Positions 33,201 to 47,651 of a stretch of 64,000 bases of DNA are shown one piece after another. The stretch is from assembly GCA_964035545.1 (NCBI GenBank), contig CAXIUT010000230.1, positions 496,001 to 560,000 on the forward strand, in the 5' to 3' direction. The notes beneath the pieces were generated by a model, which worked only from the letters and a program-made list of their open reading frames with translations, made no database searches and was not told where the DNA came from. The first letter of the stretch is position 1, and every line of letters begins with the position of its first letter. The stretch is from Bugula neritina (Eukaryota > Animalia > Bryozoa). The translations under genes and the position numbers were made by a program.

Positions 33201-36200
33201 GAACATATTGAAATACACTGCAACAAATTGAAGTATACTGCAACATACTGAAATACACTTCAACACACTGAAAAACACTGCAATATACTGTAACATACTG
33301 AAATATGCCGTAGCACACTGAAATACACTGCAACTCACTGAAATATACTGCAACATACTGAAATACACTGTAACATATTGAAATGTACTGCAACATACTG
33401 CAACATACTGAAATACACTGGAACATATTGAAATACACTGCAACAAATTGAAGTATACTGCAACACACTGAAACACACTGAAATACACCGCAAAACACTA
33501 CAACATACTGAAACATACTGCAACATACTGAAATACACTACTACATACTGAAATATACTGCAACATACTGCACCATACTGAAATACACTGTAACATACTG
33601 AAATACACTGCAACATAATACAACATTTTGAAATACACTGCAACACATTGAAATATACTGCAACATACCTAAATATACGGTAATATACCAAAATATACTG
33701 TAACATAATGAAATATGCTGTAGCACATTGAAATACACTGCAACTCACTGAAATATACTGCAACATACTGAAACACAGTGCTACATACTGAAATATACTG
33801 CAACATACTGCAACATACTGAAATACACTGTAACATACTGAAATTCACTGCAACATACTACAACATTTTGAAATACACTGCAACACATTAAAATATACTG
33901 CAACATACCTAAATATACGGTAATATACCAAAATATACTGTAACATAATGAAAAATACTGCAACATACTGAAATACACTTCAACACACTGAAAAACACTG
34001 CAAAATACTGTAACACACTGAAATATACTGCAAAACACTGAAATACACTGCTACATACCGAAATATACTGCAACACAGTGCAACATACTGCAACATACTA
34101 AAATATACTGCAACATACTGAAATACACTGCAAAATACTGAAATACACTGTAACATACTGAAATACACTGCAAAATACTCCAACATACTGAAATACACTG
34201 CTACATACTGAAATATACTACTACATACTGCAACATTTGGCAACATACTGAAATATACTGCGACACATTGCAGTATACTGAAACATACTGAAATATGCTG
34301 TAGCACACTGAAATACACTGCAACTCACTGAAATATACTGCAACATACTGAAATACACGGTGACATACTGAAATATACTGCGACATACTGCACCATACTG
34401 AAATACACTGTAACATACTGAAATACACTGCAACACATTGAAATATACTGCAAAATACTGAAATACACTGCTACATACTGAAATATACTGCAACACACTG
34501 CAACATACGGCAACATACTGAAATATACTGCGACACATTGCAATATGTTCTAACATACTGAAATACAGTGCTACATACTGAAATATACTGCAACATACCG
34601 AAATACACTGTAACATGTTGAAATATACTGCAACATACCTAAATATACGGTAATATACCAAAATATACTGTAACACATTGAAAAATACTGCAACATACTG
34701 AAATACACTGCAACCTCTGAAAAACACTGCAAAATACTGTAACACACTCAAATATACTGCAAAACACCGAAATACACTGCTACATACTGAAATATACTGC
34801 AACACACTGCAACATACTGCAACATACTAAAATATACTGCAACATACTGAAATACACTGCAAAATACTGAAATACACTGTAACATACTGAAATATACTTA
34901 AATACACCGGAACATATTGAAATACACTGCAACAAATTGAAGTATACTGCAACATACTGAAATACACTTCAACACACTGAAAAACACTGCAATATACTGT
35001 AACATACTGAAATATGCCGTAGCACACTGAAATACACTGCAACTCACTGAAATATACTGCAACACACTGCACCATACTGAAATACACTGTAACATACTGA
35101 AATACACTGCAACATAATACAACATTTTGAAATACACTGCAACACATTGAAATATACTGCAACATACCTAAATATACGGTAATATACCAAAATATACTGT
35201 AACATAATGAAATATGCTGTAGCACATTGAAATACACTGCAACTCACTGAAATATACCGCAACATACTGAAACACAGTGCTACATGCTGAAATATACTGC
35301 AACATACTGCAACATACTGAAATACACTGTAACATACTGAAATTCACTGCAACATACTACAACATTTTGAAATACACTGCAACACATTGAAATATACTGC
35401 AACATACCTAAATATACGGTAATATACCAAAATATACTGTAACATAATGAAAAATACTGCAACATACTGAAATACACTTCAACACACTGAAAAACACTGC
35501 AAAATACTGTAACACACTGAAATATACTGCAAAACACTGAAATACACTGCTACATACTGAAATATACTGCAACACAATGCAACATACTGCAACATACTGA
35601 AATACACTGCAACATACTACAACATACTGAAATACGCTGTAATACATTGAAATACACTGCAACACATTGAACTATACTGTAACTCGCTGAAACATACTGT
35701 AACTCACTGAAATATAGTGTAATATACGGAAATGTACTGTAAAATACTGGAATATACTGTAACACACTGAAATATACTGCAACATAATGAAATACACTGT
35801 AACATACTGAAATACACTGCAACATCCCGCAACATATTGAAATACACTGCAGCACACTGCAACATACTGCAACATACTAAAATATACTGCAACATCTTGA
35901 AATACACTGCAAAATACTGAAATATACTGCAACATACTGCAACATACTAAAATACACTGTAACATATTGAAATACACTGCAACACATTGAAATATACGGC
36001 AAAATACTGAAATACACTGCTACATACTGAAATATACTGCAACACACTGCAACATACTGCAACATACTAAAATTTACTGCAACATACTGAAATACACTGC
36101 AAAATACTGAAATACACTGTAACATACTGAAATATACTGCGACACATTGCAATATACTGTAACATACTGAAATATGCTGTAGCACATTGAAATACACTGC

Positions 36201-38363
36201 AACTCACTGAAATATACTGCAACATACTGAAATACACTGTAACATATTGAAATACACTGCAACATACTGAAATACAGTGCTACATACTGAAATATACTGC
36301 AACATACTGCAACATACTGAAATACACTGTAACAAACTGAAATACACTGCAACATACTACAACATTTTGAAACACACTGCAACACATTGAAATATACTGC
36401 AACATTCCTAAATATACGGTAATTTACCAAAATATACTGTAAAACATTGACAAATACTGCAACATACTGAAATACACTGCATTACACTGAAAAACACTGC
36501 AAAATACTGTAACACACTGAAATATACTGCAAAACACTGAAATACACTGCTACATACTGAAATATACTGCAACACAGTGCAACATACTGCAACATACTAA
36601 AATATACTGCAACATACTGAAATACACTGCAGAATACTGATATACACTGTAACATACTGAAATACACTGCAAAATACTACAACATTTTGAAATACACTGC
36701 AATACATTGAAATATACTGCAACATACCTAAATATACGGTAATATACTGAAATATACTGTAACACATTGAAAAATACTACAAAATACTGAAATACACTGC
36801 AACATACTACAACATACTGAAATACGCTGTAATACATTGAATATACTGCAACATACCTAAATATGCGGTAATATACTGAAATAAACTAGAACACATTGAA
36901 AATACTGCAACATACTGAAATACACTGCAACACACCGAAATATACTGCAAAATAAAACAACATACTGAAATACACTGTAACATATTGAAATACACTGTAA
37001 CACATTGAAATATACTGCAACATACCGAGATATATTGTAAACTACTGAAATATACTGTAACACATTGAAAAATACTGCAACATACTGAAATTTACTGCGA
37101 CACATTGCAATATACTGTAACATACTGAAATATGCTGTAGCACACTGAAATACACTGCAACTCACTGAAATATACTGCAACATACTGAAATACACTGTAA
37201 CATATTGAAATATACTGCAACATACTGCACCATACTGAAATACACTGGAACATATTGAAATACACTGCAACAAATTGGAGTATACTGCAACACACTGAAA
37301 CACACTGAAATACACCGCAAAACACTACAAAATACTGAAACATACTGCAACATACTGAAATACACTACTACATACTGAAATATACTGCAACATACTGCAC
37401 CATACTGAAATACACTGTAACATACTGAAAAACACTGCAACATAATACAACATTTTGAAATACACTGCAACACATTGAAATATACTGCAACATACCTAAA
37501 TATACGGTAATATACCAAAATATACTGTAACATAATGAAATATGCTGTAGCACATTGAAATACACTGCAACTCACTGAAATATACTGCAACATACTGAAA
37601 CACAGTGCTACATACTGAAATATACTGCAACATACTGCAACATACTGAAATACACTTCAACACACTGAAAAACACTGCAAAATACTGTAACACACTGAAA
37701 TATACTGCAAAACACTGAAATACACTGCTACATACTGAAATATACTGCAACACAGTGCAACATACTGCAACATACTAAAATATACTGCAACATACCTAAA
37801 TATACGGTAATATACCAAAATATACTGTAACATAATGAAAAATACTGCAACATACTGAAATACACTTCAACACACTGAAAAACACTGCAAAATACTGTAA
37901 CACACTGAAATATACTGCAAAACACTGAAATACACTGCTACATACTGAAATATACTGCAACACAGTGCAACATACTGCAACATACTAAAATATACTGCAA
38001 CATACTGAAATACACTGCAAAATACTGAAATACACTGTAACATACTGAAATACACTGCAAAATATTACAACATATTGAAATACACTGCAATACATTGAAA
38101 TATACTGCAACATACCTAAATATACGGTAATATACTGAAATATACTGTAACACATTGAAAAATACTGCAAAATACTGAAATACACTGCAACATACTACAA
38201 CATACTGAAATACGCTGTAATACATTGAAATACACTGCAACACATTGAAATATACTGTAACTCGCTGAAACATACTGTAACTCACTGAAATATAGTGTAA
38301 TATACGGAAATGTACTGTAAAATACTGGAATATACTGTAACACACTGAAATACACTGCAACAT

Positions 38364-38465
38364 GTGTCAGTTTACTTCATTTAGTACACACCAGCAAATT
38401 ATGACCTAACATTAAAGTGTGCTCAAAATCCATTGAAATTTACTATACATGGTATTTTTATGTGT
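38364..38465. other. 102-bp non-satellite insert, copy 3
   Basis: Same sequence and flanks as copy 1. Confidence 0.92.
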
Positions 38466-40930
38466 TGCAACATACTAAAACATACTGCAACATACTGAAA
38501 TACACTGCAAAATACTGAAATACACTGTAACATACTGAAATACACTGCAAAATACTACAACATTTTGAAATACACTGCAATACATTGAAATATACTGCAA
38601 CATTCTAAATATACGGTAATATACTGAAATATAGTGTAACACATTGAAAAATACTACAAAATACTGAAATACACTGCAACATACTACAACATACTGAAAT
38701 ACGCTGTAATACATTGGTAATATACTGAAATAAACTATAACACATTGAAAATACTGCAACATACTGAAATACACTGCAACACACCGAAATATACTGCAAA
38801 ATAAAACAACATACTGAAATACACTGTAACATATTGAAATACACTGTAACACATTGAAATATACTGCAGCATACCGAGATATATTGTAAACTACTGAAAT
38901 ATCCTGTAACACATTGAAAAATACTGCAACATACTGAAATTTACTGCGACACATTGCAATATACTGTAACATCTTGAAATATGCTGTAGCACACTGAAAT
39001 ACACTGCAACTCACTGAAATATACTGCAAAATACTGAAATACACTAAAACATATTGAAAAATACTGCAACATACTGAAATACACTGTAACATACTGAAAT
39101 ACACTGCAAAATACTACAACATATTGAAATACACTGCAACATACCTAAATATACGGTAAGATACTGAAATATACTGTAACACATTAAAAAGTACAGCAAC
39201 ATACTGAAAGATACTGCAAGATACTGCAACATACTAAAATACACTGTAACATAATGAAACACACTGCAACATACTGCATTATACTAACATACACTGGAAC
39301 ATAATGAAATACACTGCAACAAATTGAAGTATACTGCAACACACCGAAACATACGGCAACATACTGAAATATACTGCGACAGATTGAAATGTACAGCAAC
39401 ATACTGAAATACACTGCAACATACTACAACATACTGAAATACGCTGTAATACATTGAAATACACTGCAACACATTGAACTATACTGTAACTCGCTGAAAC
39501 ATACTGTAACTCACTGAAATATAGTGTAATATACGGAAATGTACTGTAAAATACTGGAATATACTGTAACACACTGAAATATACTGCAACATAATGAAAT
39601 ACACTGTAACATACTGAAATACACTGCAACATCCCGCAACATATTGAAATACACTGCAGCACACTGCAACATACTGCAACATACTAAAATATACTGCAAC
39701 ATCTTGAAATACACTGCAAAATACTGAAATATACTGCAACATACTGCAACATACTAAAATACACTGTAACATATTGAAATACACTGCAACACATTGAAAT
39801 ATACGGCAAAATACTGAAATACACTGCTACATACTGAAATATACTGCAACACACTGCAACATACTGCAACATACTAAAATTTACTGCAACATACTGAAAT
39901 ACACTGCAAAATACTGAAATACACTGTAACATACTGAAATATACTGCGACACATTGCAATATACTGTAACATACTGAAATATGCTGTAGCACATTGAAAT
40001 ACACTGCAACTCACTGAAATATACTGCAACATACTGAAATACACTGTAACATATTGAAATACACTGCAACATACTGAAATACAGTGCTACATACTGAAAT
40101 ATACTGCAACATACTGCAACATACTGAAATACACTGTAACAAACTGAAATACACTGCAACATACAACAACATTTTGAAACACACTGCAACACATTGAAAT
40201 ATACTGCAACATTCCTAAATATACGGTAATTTACCAAAATATACTGTAAAACATTGACAAATACTGCAACATACTGAAATACACTGCATTACACTGAAAA
40301 ACACTGCAAAATACTGTAACACACTGAAATATACTGCAAAACACTGAAATACACTGCTACATACTGAAATATACTGCAACACAGTGCAACATACTGCAAC
40401 ATACTAAAATATACTGCAACATACTGAAATACACTGCAGAATACTGATATACACTGTAACATACTGAAATACACTGCAAAATACTACAACATTTTGAAAT
40501 ACACTGCAATACATTGAAATATACTGCAACATACCTAAATATACGGTAATATACTGAAATATACTGTAACACATTGAAAAATACTACAAAATACTGAAAT
40601 ACACTGCAACATACTACAACATACTGAAATACGCTGTAATACATTGAATATACTGCAACATACCTAAATATGCGGTAATATACTGAAATAAACTAGAACA
40701 CATTGAAAATACTGCAACATACTGAAATACACTGCAACACACCGAAATATACTGCAAAATAAAACAACATACTGAAATACACTGTAACATATTGAAATAC
40801 ACTGCAACACATTGAAATATACTGTAACTCGCTGAAACATACTGTAACTCACTGAAATATAGTGTAATATACGGAAATGTACTGTAAAATACTGGAATAT
40901 ACTGTAACACACTGAAATACACTGCAACAT

Positions 40931-41032
40931 GTGTCAGTTTACTTCATTTAGTACACACCAGCAAATTATGACCTAACATTAAAGTGTGCTCAAAATCCAT
41001 TGAAATTTACTATACATGGTATTTTTATGTGT
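40931..41032. other. 102-bp non-satellite insert, copy 4
   Basis: Same sequence and flanks as copy 1. Confidence 0.92.
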
Positions 41033-44000
41033 TGCAACATACTAAAACATACTGCAACATACTGAAATACACTGCAAAATACTGAAATACACTGTAACAT
41101 ACTGAAATACACTGCAAAATACTACAACATTTTGAAATACACTGCAATACATTGAAATATACTGCAACATTCTAAATATACGGTAATATACTGAAATATA
41201 GTGTAACACATTGAAAAATACTACAAAATACTGAAATACACTGCAACATACTACAACATACTGAAATACGCTGTAATACATTGGTAATATACTGAAATAA
41301 ACTATAACACATTGAAAATACTGCAACATACTGAAATACACTGCAACACACCGAAATATACTGCAAAATAAAACAACATACTGAAATACACTGTAACATA
41401 TTGAAATACACTGTAACACATTGAAATATACTGCAGCATACCGAGATATATTGTAAACTACTGAAATATCCTGTAACACATTGAAAAATACTGCAACATA
41501 CTGAAATTTACTGCGACACATTGCAATATACTGTAACATCTTGAAATATGCTGTAGCACACTGAAATACACTGCAACTCACTGAAATATACTGCAAAATA
41601 CTGAAATACACTAAAACATATTGAAAAATACTGCAACATACTGAAATACACTGTAACATACTGAAATACACTGCAAAATACTACAACATATTGAAATACA
41701 CTGCAACATACCTAAATATACGGTAAGATACTGAAATATACTGTAACACATTAAAAAGTACAGCAACATACTGAAAGATACTGCAAGATACTGCAACATA
41801 CTAAAATACACTGTAACATAATGAAACACACTGCAACATACTGCATTATACTAACATACACTGGAACATAATGAAATACACTGCAACAAATTGAAGTATA
41901 CTGCAACACACCGAAACATACGGCAACATACTGAAATATACTGCGACAGATTGAAATGTACAGCAACATACTGAAATACACTGCAACATACTACAACATA
42001 CTGAAATACGCTGTAATACATTGAAATACACTGCAACACATTGAACTATACTGTAACTCGCTGAAACATACTGTAACTCACTGAAATATAGTGTAATATA
42101 CGGAAATGTACTGTAAAATACTGGAATATACTGTAACACACTGAAATATACTGCAACATAATGAAATACACTGTAACATACTGAAATACACTGCAACATC
42201 CCGCAACATATTGAAATACACTGCAGCACACTGCAACATACTGCAACATACTAAAATATACTGCAACATCTTGAAATACACTGCAAAATACTGAAATATA
42301 CTGCAACATACTGCAACATACTAAAATACACTGTAACATATTGAAATACACTGCAACACATTGAAATATACGGCAAAATACTGAAATACACTGCTACATA
42401 CTGAAATATACTGCAACACACTGCAACATACTGCAACATACTAAAATTTACTGCAACATACTGAAATACACTGCAAAATACTGAAATACACTGTAACATA
42501 CTGAAATATACTGCGACACATTGCAATATACTGTAACATACTGAAATATGCTGTAGCACATTGAAATACACTGCAACTCACTGAAATATACTGCAACATA
42601 CTGAAATACACTGTAACATATTGAAATACACTGCAACATACTGAAATACAGTGCTACATACTGAAATATACTGCAACATACTGCAACATACTGAAATACA
42701 CTGTAACAAACTGAAATACACTGCAACATACAACAACATTTTGAAACACACTGCAACACATTGAAATATACTGCAACATTCCTAAATATACGGTAATTTA
42801 CCAAAATATACTGTAAAACATTGACAAATACTGCAACATACTGAAATACACTGCATTACACTGAAAAACACTGCAAAATACTGTAACACACTGAAATATA
42901 CTGCAAAACACTGAAATACACTGCTACATACTGAAATATACTGCAACACAGTGCAACATACTGCAACATACTAAAATATACTGCAACATACTGAAATACA
43001 CTGCAGAATACTGATATACACTGTAACATACTGAAATACACTGCAAAATACTACAACATTTTGAAATACACTGCAATACATTGAAATATACTGCAACATA
43101 CCTAAATATACGGTAATATACTGAAATATACTGTAACACATTGAAAAATACTACAAAATACTGAAATACACTGCAACATACTACAACATACTGAAATACG
43201 CTGTAATACATTGAATATACTGCAACATACCTAAATATGCGGTAATATACTGAAATAAACTAGAACACATTGAAAATACTGCAACATACTGAAATACACT
43301 GCAACACACCGAAATATACTGCAAAATAAAACAACATACTGAAATACACTGTAACATATTGAAATACACTGTAACACATTGAAATATACTGCAACATACC
43401 GAGATATATTGTAAACTACTGAAATATACTGTAACACATTGAAAAATACTGCAACATACTGAAATTTACTGCGACACATTGCAATATACTGTAACATACT
43501 GAAATATGCTGTAGCACACTGAAATACACTGCAACTCACTGAAATATACTGCAACATACTGAAATACACTGTAACATATTGAAATATACTGCAACATACT
43601 GCACCATACTGAAATACACTGGAACATATTGAAATACACTGCAACAAATTGGAGTATACTGCAACACACTGAAACACACTGAAATACACCGCAAAACACT
43701 ACAAAATACTGAAACATACTGCAACATACTGAAATACACTACTACATACTGAAATATACTGCAACATACTGCACCATACTGAAATACACTGTAACATACT
43801 GAAAAACACTGCAACATAATACAACATTTTGAAATACACTGCAACACATTGAAATATACTGCAACATACCTAAATATACGGTAATATACCAAAATATACT
43901 GTAACATAATGAAATATGCTGTAGCACATTGAAATACACTGCAACTCACTGAAATATACTGCAACATACTGAAACACAGTGCTACATACTGAAATATACT

Positions 44001-44737
44001 GCAACATACTGCAACATACTGAAATACACTTCAACACACTGAAAAACACTGCAAAATACTGTAACACACTGAAATATACTGCAAAACACTGAAATACACT
44101 GCTACATACTGAAATATACTGCAACACAGTGCAACATACTGCAACATACTAAAATATACTGCAACATACCTAAATATACGGTAATATACCAAAATATACT
44201 GTAACATAATGAAAAATACTGCAACATACTGAAATACACTTCAACACACTGAAAAACACTGCAAAATACTGTAACACACTGAAATATACTGCAAAACACT
44301 GAAATACACTGCTACATACTGAAATATACTGCAACACAGTGCAACATACTGCAACATACTAAAATATACTGCAACATACTGAAATACACTGCAAAATACT
44401 GAAATACACTGTAACATACTGAAATACACTGCAAAATATTACAACATATTGAAATACACTGCAATACATTGAAATATACTGCAACATACCTAAATATACG
44501 GTAATATACTGAAATATACTGTAACACATTGAAAAATACTGCAAAATACTGAAATACACTGCAACATACTACAACATACTGAAATACGCTGTAATACATT
44601 GAAATACACTGCAACACATTGAAATATACTGTAACTCGCTGAAACATACTGTAACTCACTGAAATATAGTGTAATATACGGAAATGTACTGTAAAATACT
44701 GGAATATACTGTAACACACTGAAATACACTGCAACAT

Positions 44738-44839
44738 GTGTCAGTTTACTTCATTTAGTACACACCAGCAAATTATGACCTAACATTAAAGTGTGCTCAA
44801 AATCCATTGAAATTTACTATACATGGTATTTTTATGTGT
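44738..44839. other. 102-bp non-satellite insert, copy 5
   Basis: Same sequence and flanks as copy 1. Confidence 0.92.
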
Positions 44840-46672
44840 TGCAACATACTAAAACATACTGCAACATACTGAAATACACTGCAAAATACTGAAATACACT
44901 GTAACATACTGAAATACACTGCAAAATACTACAACATTTTGAAATACACTGCAATACATTGAAATATACTGCAACATTCTAAATATACGGTAATATACTG
45001 AAATATAGTGTAACACATTGAAAAATACTACAAAATACTGAAATACACTGCAACATACTACAACATACTGAAATACGCTGTAATACATTGGTAATATACT
45101 GAAATAAACTATAACACATTGAAAATACTGCAACATACTGAAATACACTGCAACACACCGAAATATACTGCAAAATAAAACAACATACTGAAATACACTG
45201 TAACATATTGAAATACACTGTAACACATTGAAATATACTGCAGCATACCGAGATATATTGTCAACTACTGAAATATCCTGTAACACATTGAAAAATACTG
45301 CAACATACTGAAATTTACTGCGACACATTGCAATATACTGTAACATCTTGAAATATGCTGTAGCACACTGAAATACACTGCAACTCACTGAAATATACTG
45401 CAAAATACTGAAATACACTAAAACATATTGAAAAATACTGCAACATACTGAAATACACTGTAACATACTGAAATACACTGCAAAATACTACAACATATTG
45501 AAATACACTGCAACATACCTAAATATACGGTAAGATACTGAAATATACTGTAACACATTAAAAAGTACAGCAACATACTGAAAGATACTGCAAGATACTG
45601 CAACATACTAAAATACACTGTAACATAATGAAACACACTGCAACATACTGCATTATACTAACATACACTGGAACATAATGAAATACACTGCAACAAATTG
45701 AAGTATACTGCAACACACCGAAACATACGGCAACATACTGAAATATACTGCGACAGATTGAAATGTACAGCAACATACTGAAATATACTGCGACACATTG
45801 CAATATACTGCAACATACTGAAATACGCGGTAATATATTGAAATACACTGCAACACATTGAAATATACTGTAACTCGCTGAAATATAGTGTAATATACGG
45901 AAATGTACTGTAAAATACTGGAATATACTGTAACACACTGAAATATACTGCAACATAATGAAATACACTGTAACATACTGAAATACACTGCAACATCCCG
46001 CAACATATTGAAATACACTGCAGCACACTGCAACATACTGCAACATACTAAAATATACTGCAAAATACACTGCAAAATACTGAAATATACTGCAACATAC
46101 TGCAACATACTAAAATACACTGTAACATATTGAAATACACTGCAACACATTGAAATATACGGCAAAATACTGAAATACACTGCTACATACTGAAATATAC
46201 TGCAACACACTGCAACATACTGCAACATACTAAAATTTACTGCAACATACTGAAATACACTGCAAAATACTGAAATACACTGTAACATACTGAAATATAC
46301 TGCGACACATTGCAATATACTGTAACATACTGAAATATGCTGTAGCACATTGAAATACACTGCAACTCACTGAAATATACTGCAACATACTGAAATACAC
46401 TGTAACATATTGAAATACACTGCAACATACTGAAATACAGTGCTACATACTGAAATATACTGCAACATACTGCAACATACTGAAATACACTGTAACAAAC
46501 TGAAATACACTGCAACATACTACAACATTTTGAAACACACTGCAACACATTGAAATATACTGCAACATTTCTAAATATACGGTAATTTACCAAAATATAC
46601 TGTAAAACATTGACAAATACTGCAACATACTGAAATACACTGCATTACACTGAAAAACACTGCAAAATACTG

Positions 46673-46691
46673 CACAGTTAGTTTAAGGTCA
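46673..46691 (+). repeat. Left terminal inverted repeat (19 bp)
   Basis: CACAGTTAGTTTAAGGTCA. Confidence 0.97.
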
Positions 46692-46712
46692 TTACTTTCC
46701 ACATTCAGGCAC

Positions 46713-46827
46713 TGCTTTATGTTATATATAAACGGTTTCCAGGGGATAGCTCGAACAGTTTTTGTCTCACATTAACAAATTTTACATGAAAAGATAGCTC
46801 TTGCATTCCTCTTTCATATACTTTTTT
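46713..46827 (+). repeat. Left subterminal inverted-repeat blocks
   Basis: TGCTTTATGTTaTATATaAAC (46713), GATAGCTCGAACAG (46745), ATGAAAAGATA (46786) and ATATACTTTTTT (46816), each mirrored at the right end. Confidence 0.9.
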
Positions 46828-47570
46828 AATTTTTCAATAAAAAATTTTCTGAGAAAGTTGTTGCATAATAAGTAAAATTTTACACCCTCCATGTTCCACT
46901 GCTGTAGCACAGGGGATTCATTTTATAAAGTCTAAAAGTTAAACTTGACATTCCTTAATATGTTTTCTCTAATATACTTTCTTTGTTTTTTGAAATTCTG
47001 TTTATGCTCTTCACAATTTGGTAAAAACATACACCATTTTGCAAGTTTCACTGCAATTATCTAAATTCTTCATATGGTGGTTCTAGCTACGCTCCTGTGA
47101 CTAATTATAACATTCCTAGTACGTTTGCCGCTCTGCGCTATCACAATAACATATAGTACCCTCTCGCACAAATTGGCAATCTATTGGATTTCTGCCAATA
47201 TAATGTTCCCTGTTTTACATTAGCACTTAGCTGAATCATCTCACTATGTTACAATCTATTGACAATGCCTCAGCACAACATAATTCTTTGTTTGTTTGGC
47301 AGAGTTAATTTCTTCAGCTAAATCACTTCACTTTGCAGTCTTGTCAGTAAAGGTCTGTCTATAGTGCAGCAGTTGTACTTCCAGTTTCTCTAATTCACAT
47401 ATGATTATTTTAAGTACATTGTATTCTATAAGATCAATTTAAAGTTTAGCCCAGTGTTCAGTAGCTAAGTATTATGCATGTATGTTGTCTTACTGTTGAA
47501 CAAAAGTTAAAAAAAACTTTACAATTATAGCCATATTTATTATACATGCGTAGGATTTGCATAAATTGAC

Positions 47571-47579
47571 AAAAAAAAA
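47571..47579 (-). terminator. Putative Pol III terminator (T9)
   Basis: An A9 run on the plus strand directly downstream of the tRNA-like unit on the minus strand. Confidence 0.4.
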
Positions 47580-47580
47580 T

Positions 47581-47651
47581 GCAGCATAATAGGATTGAAC
47601 CATGACCAACCAGCTTCTCGCTGACGCCTTTAACCTCTGGACCACGCAGTC
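47581..47651 (-). pseudogene. tRNA-like / tRNA-derived Pol III cassette (degenerate; SINE-head-like)
   Basis: The minus strand reads GACTGCG TGGTCCAGAGGTTAAAGGC GTCAG-CGAGAAG-CTGGT TGGTC ATGG-TTCAATC-CTAT TATGCTGC A TTTTTTTTT. This gives an A-box-like D arm, an anticodon-like hairpin, a B-box GGTTCAATCC in a T-arm hairpin, and then T9. The acceptor stem pairs poorly. Confidence 0.55.

Larger units (their letters stand above)
18461..40800. repeat. 12,050-bp tandem mega-duplication within the satellite (18461-30510; second copy 30511-~40800, truncated)
   Basis: Constant +12,050 offset of ORF-track entries (18521->30571, 20022->32072, 23230->35280, 26425->38475, 28239->40289) and of the insert (26314->38364). 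Confidence 0.9.
1..46672. repeat. 10-bp/20-bp tandem satellite array (ACTGAAATAY + ACTGYAACAY), left part; runs to the window edge
   Basis: Sequence columns repeat every 10 nt throughout, e.g. tactgaaata cactgcaaca. All monomers are in the same orientation. Interrupted only by five 102-bp inserts. Confidence 0.99.

Noticed and set aside
38364-40931. 2567-bp insert spacing nearly equal to the 2566-bp transposon length
   Set aside because: Explained as 3807 minus an in-register 1240-bp deletion, so it is a coincidence.
46673-46700. True RAG RSS or Transib/ProtoRAG element
   Set aside because: The heptamer is 6/7 similar, but there is no ACAAAAACC nonamer at 12 or 23 bp and the TSD is 2 bp rather than 5 bp. 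It is kept only as an architectural analogy.
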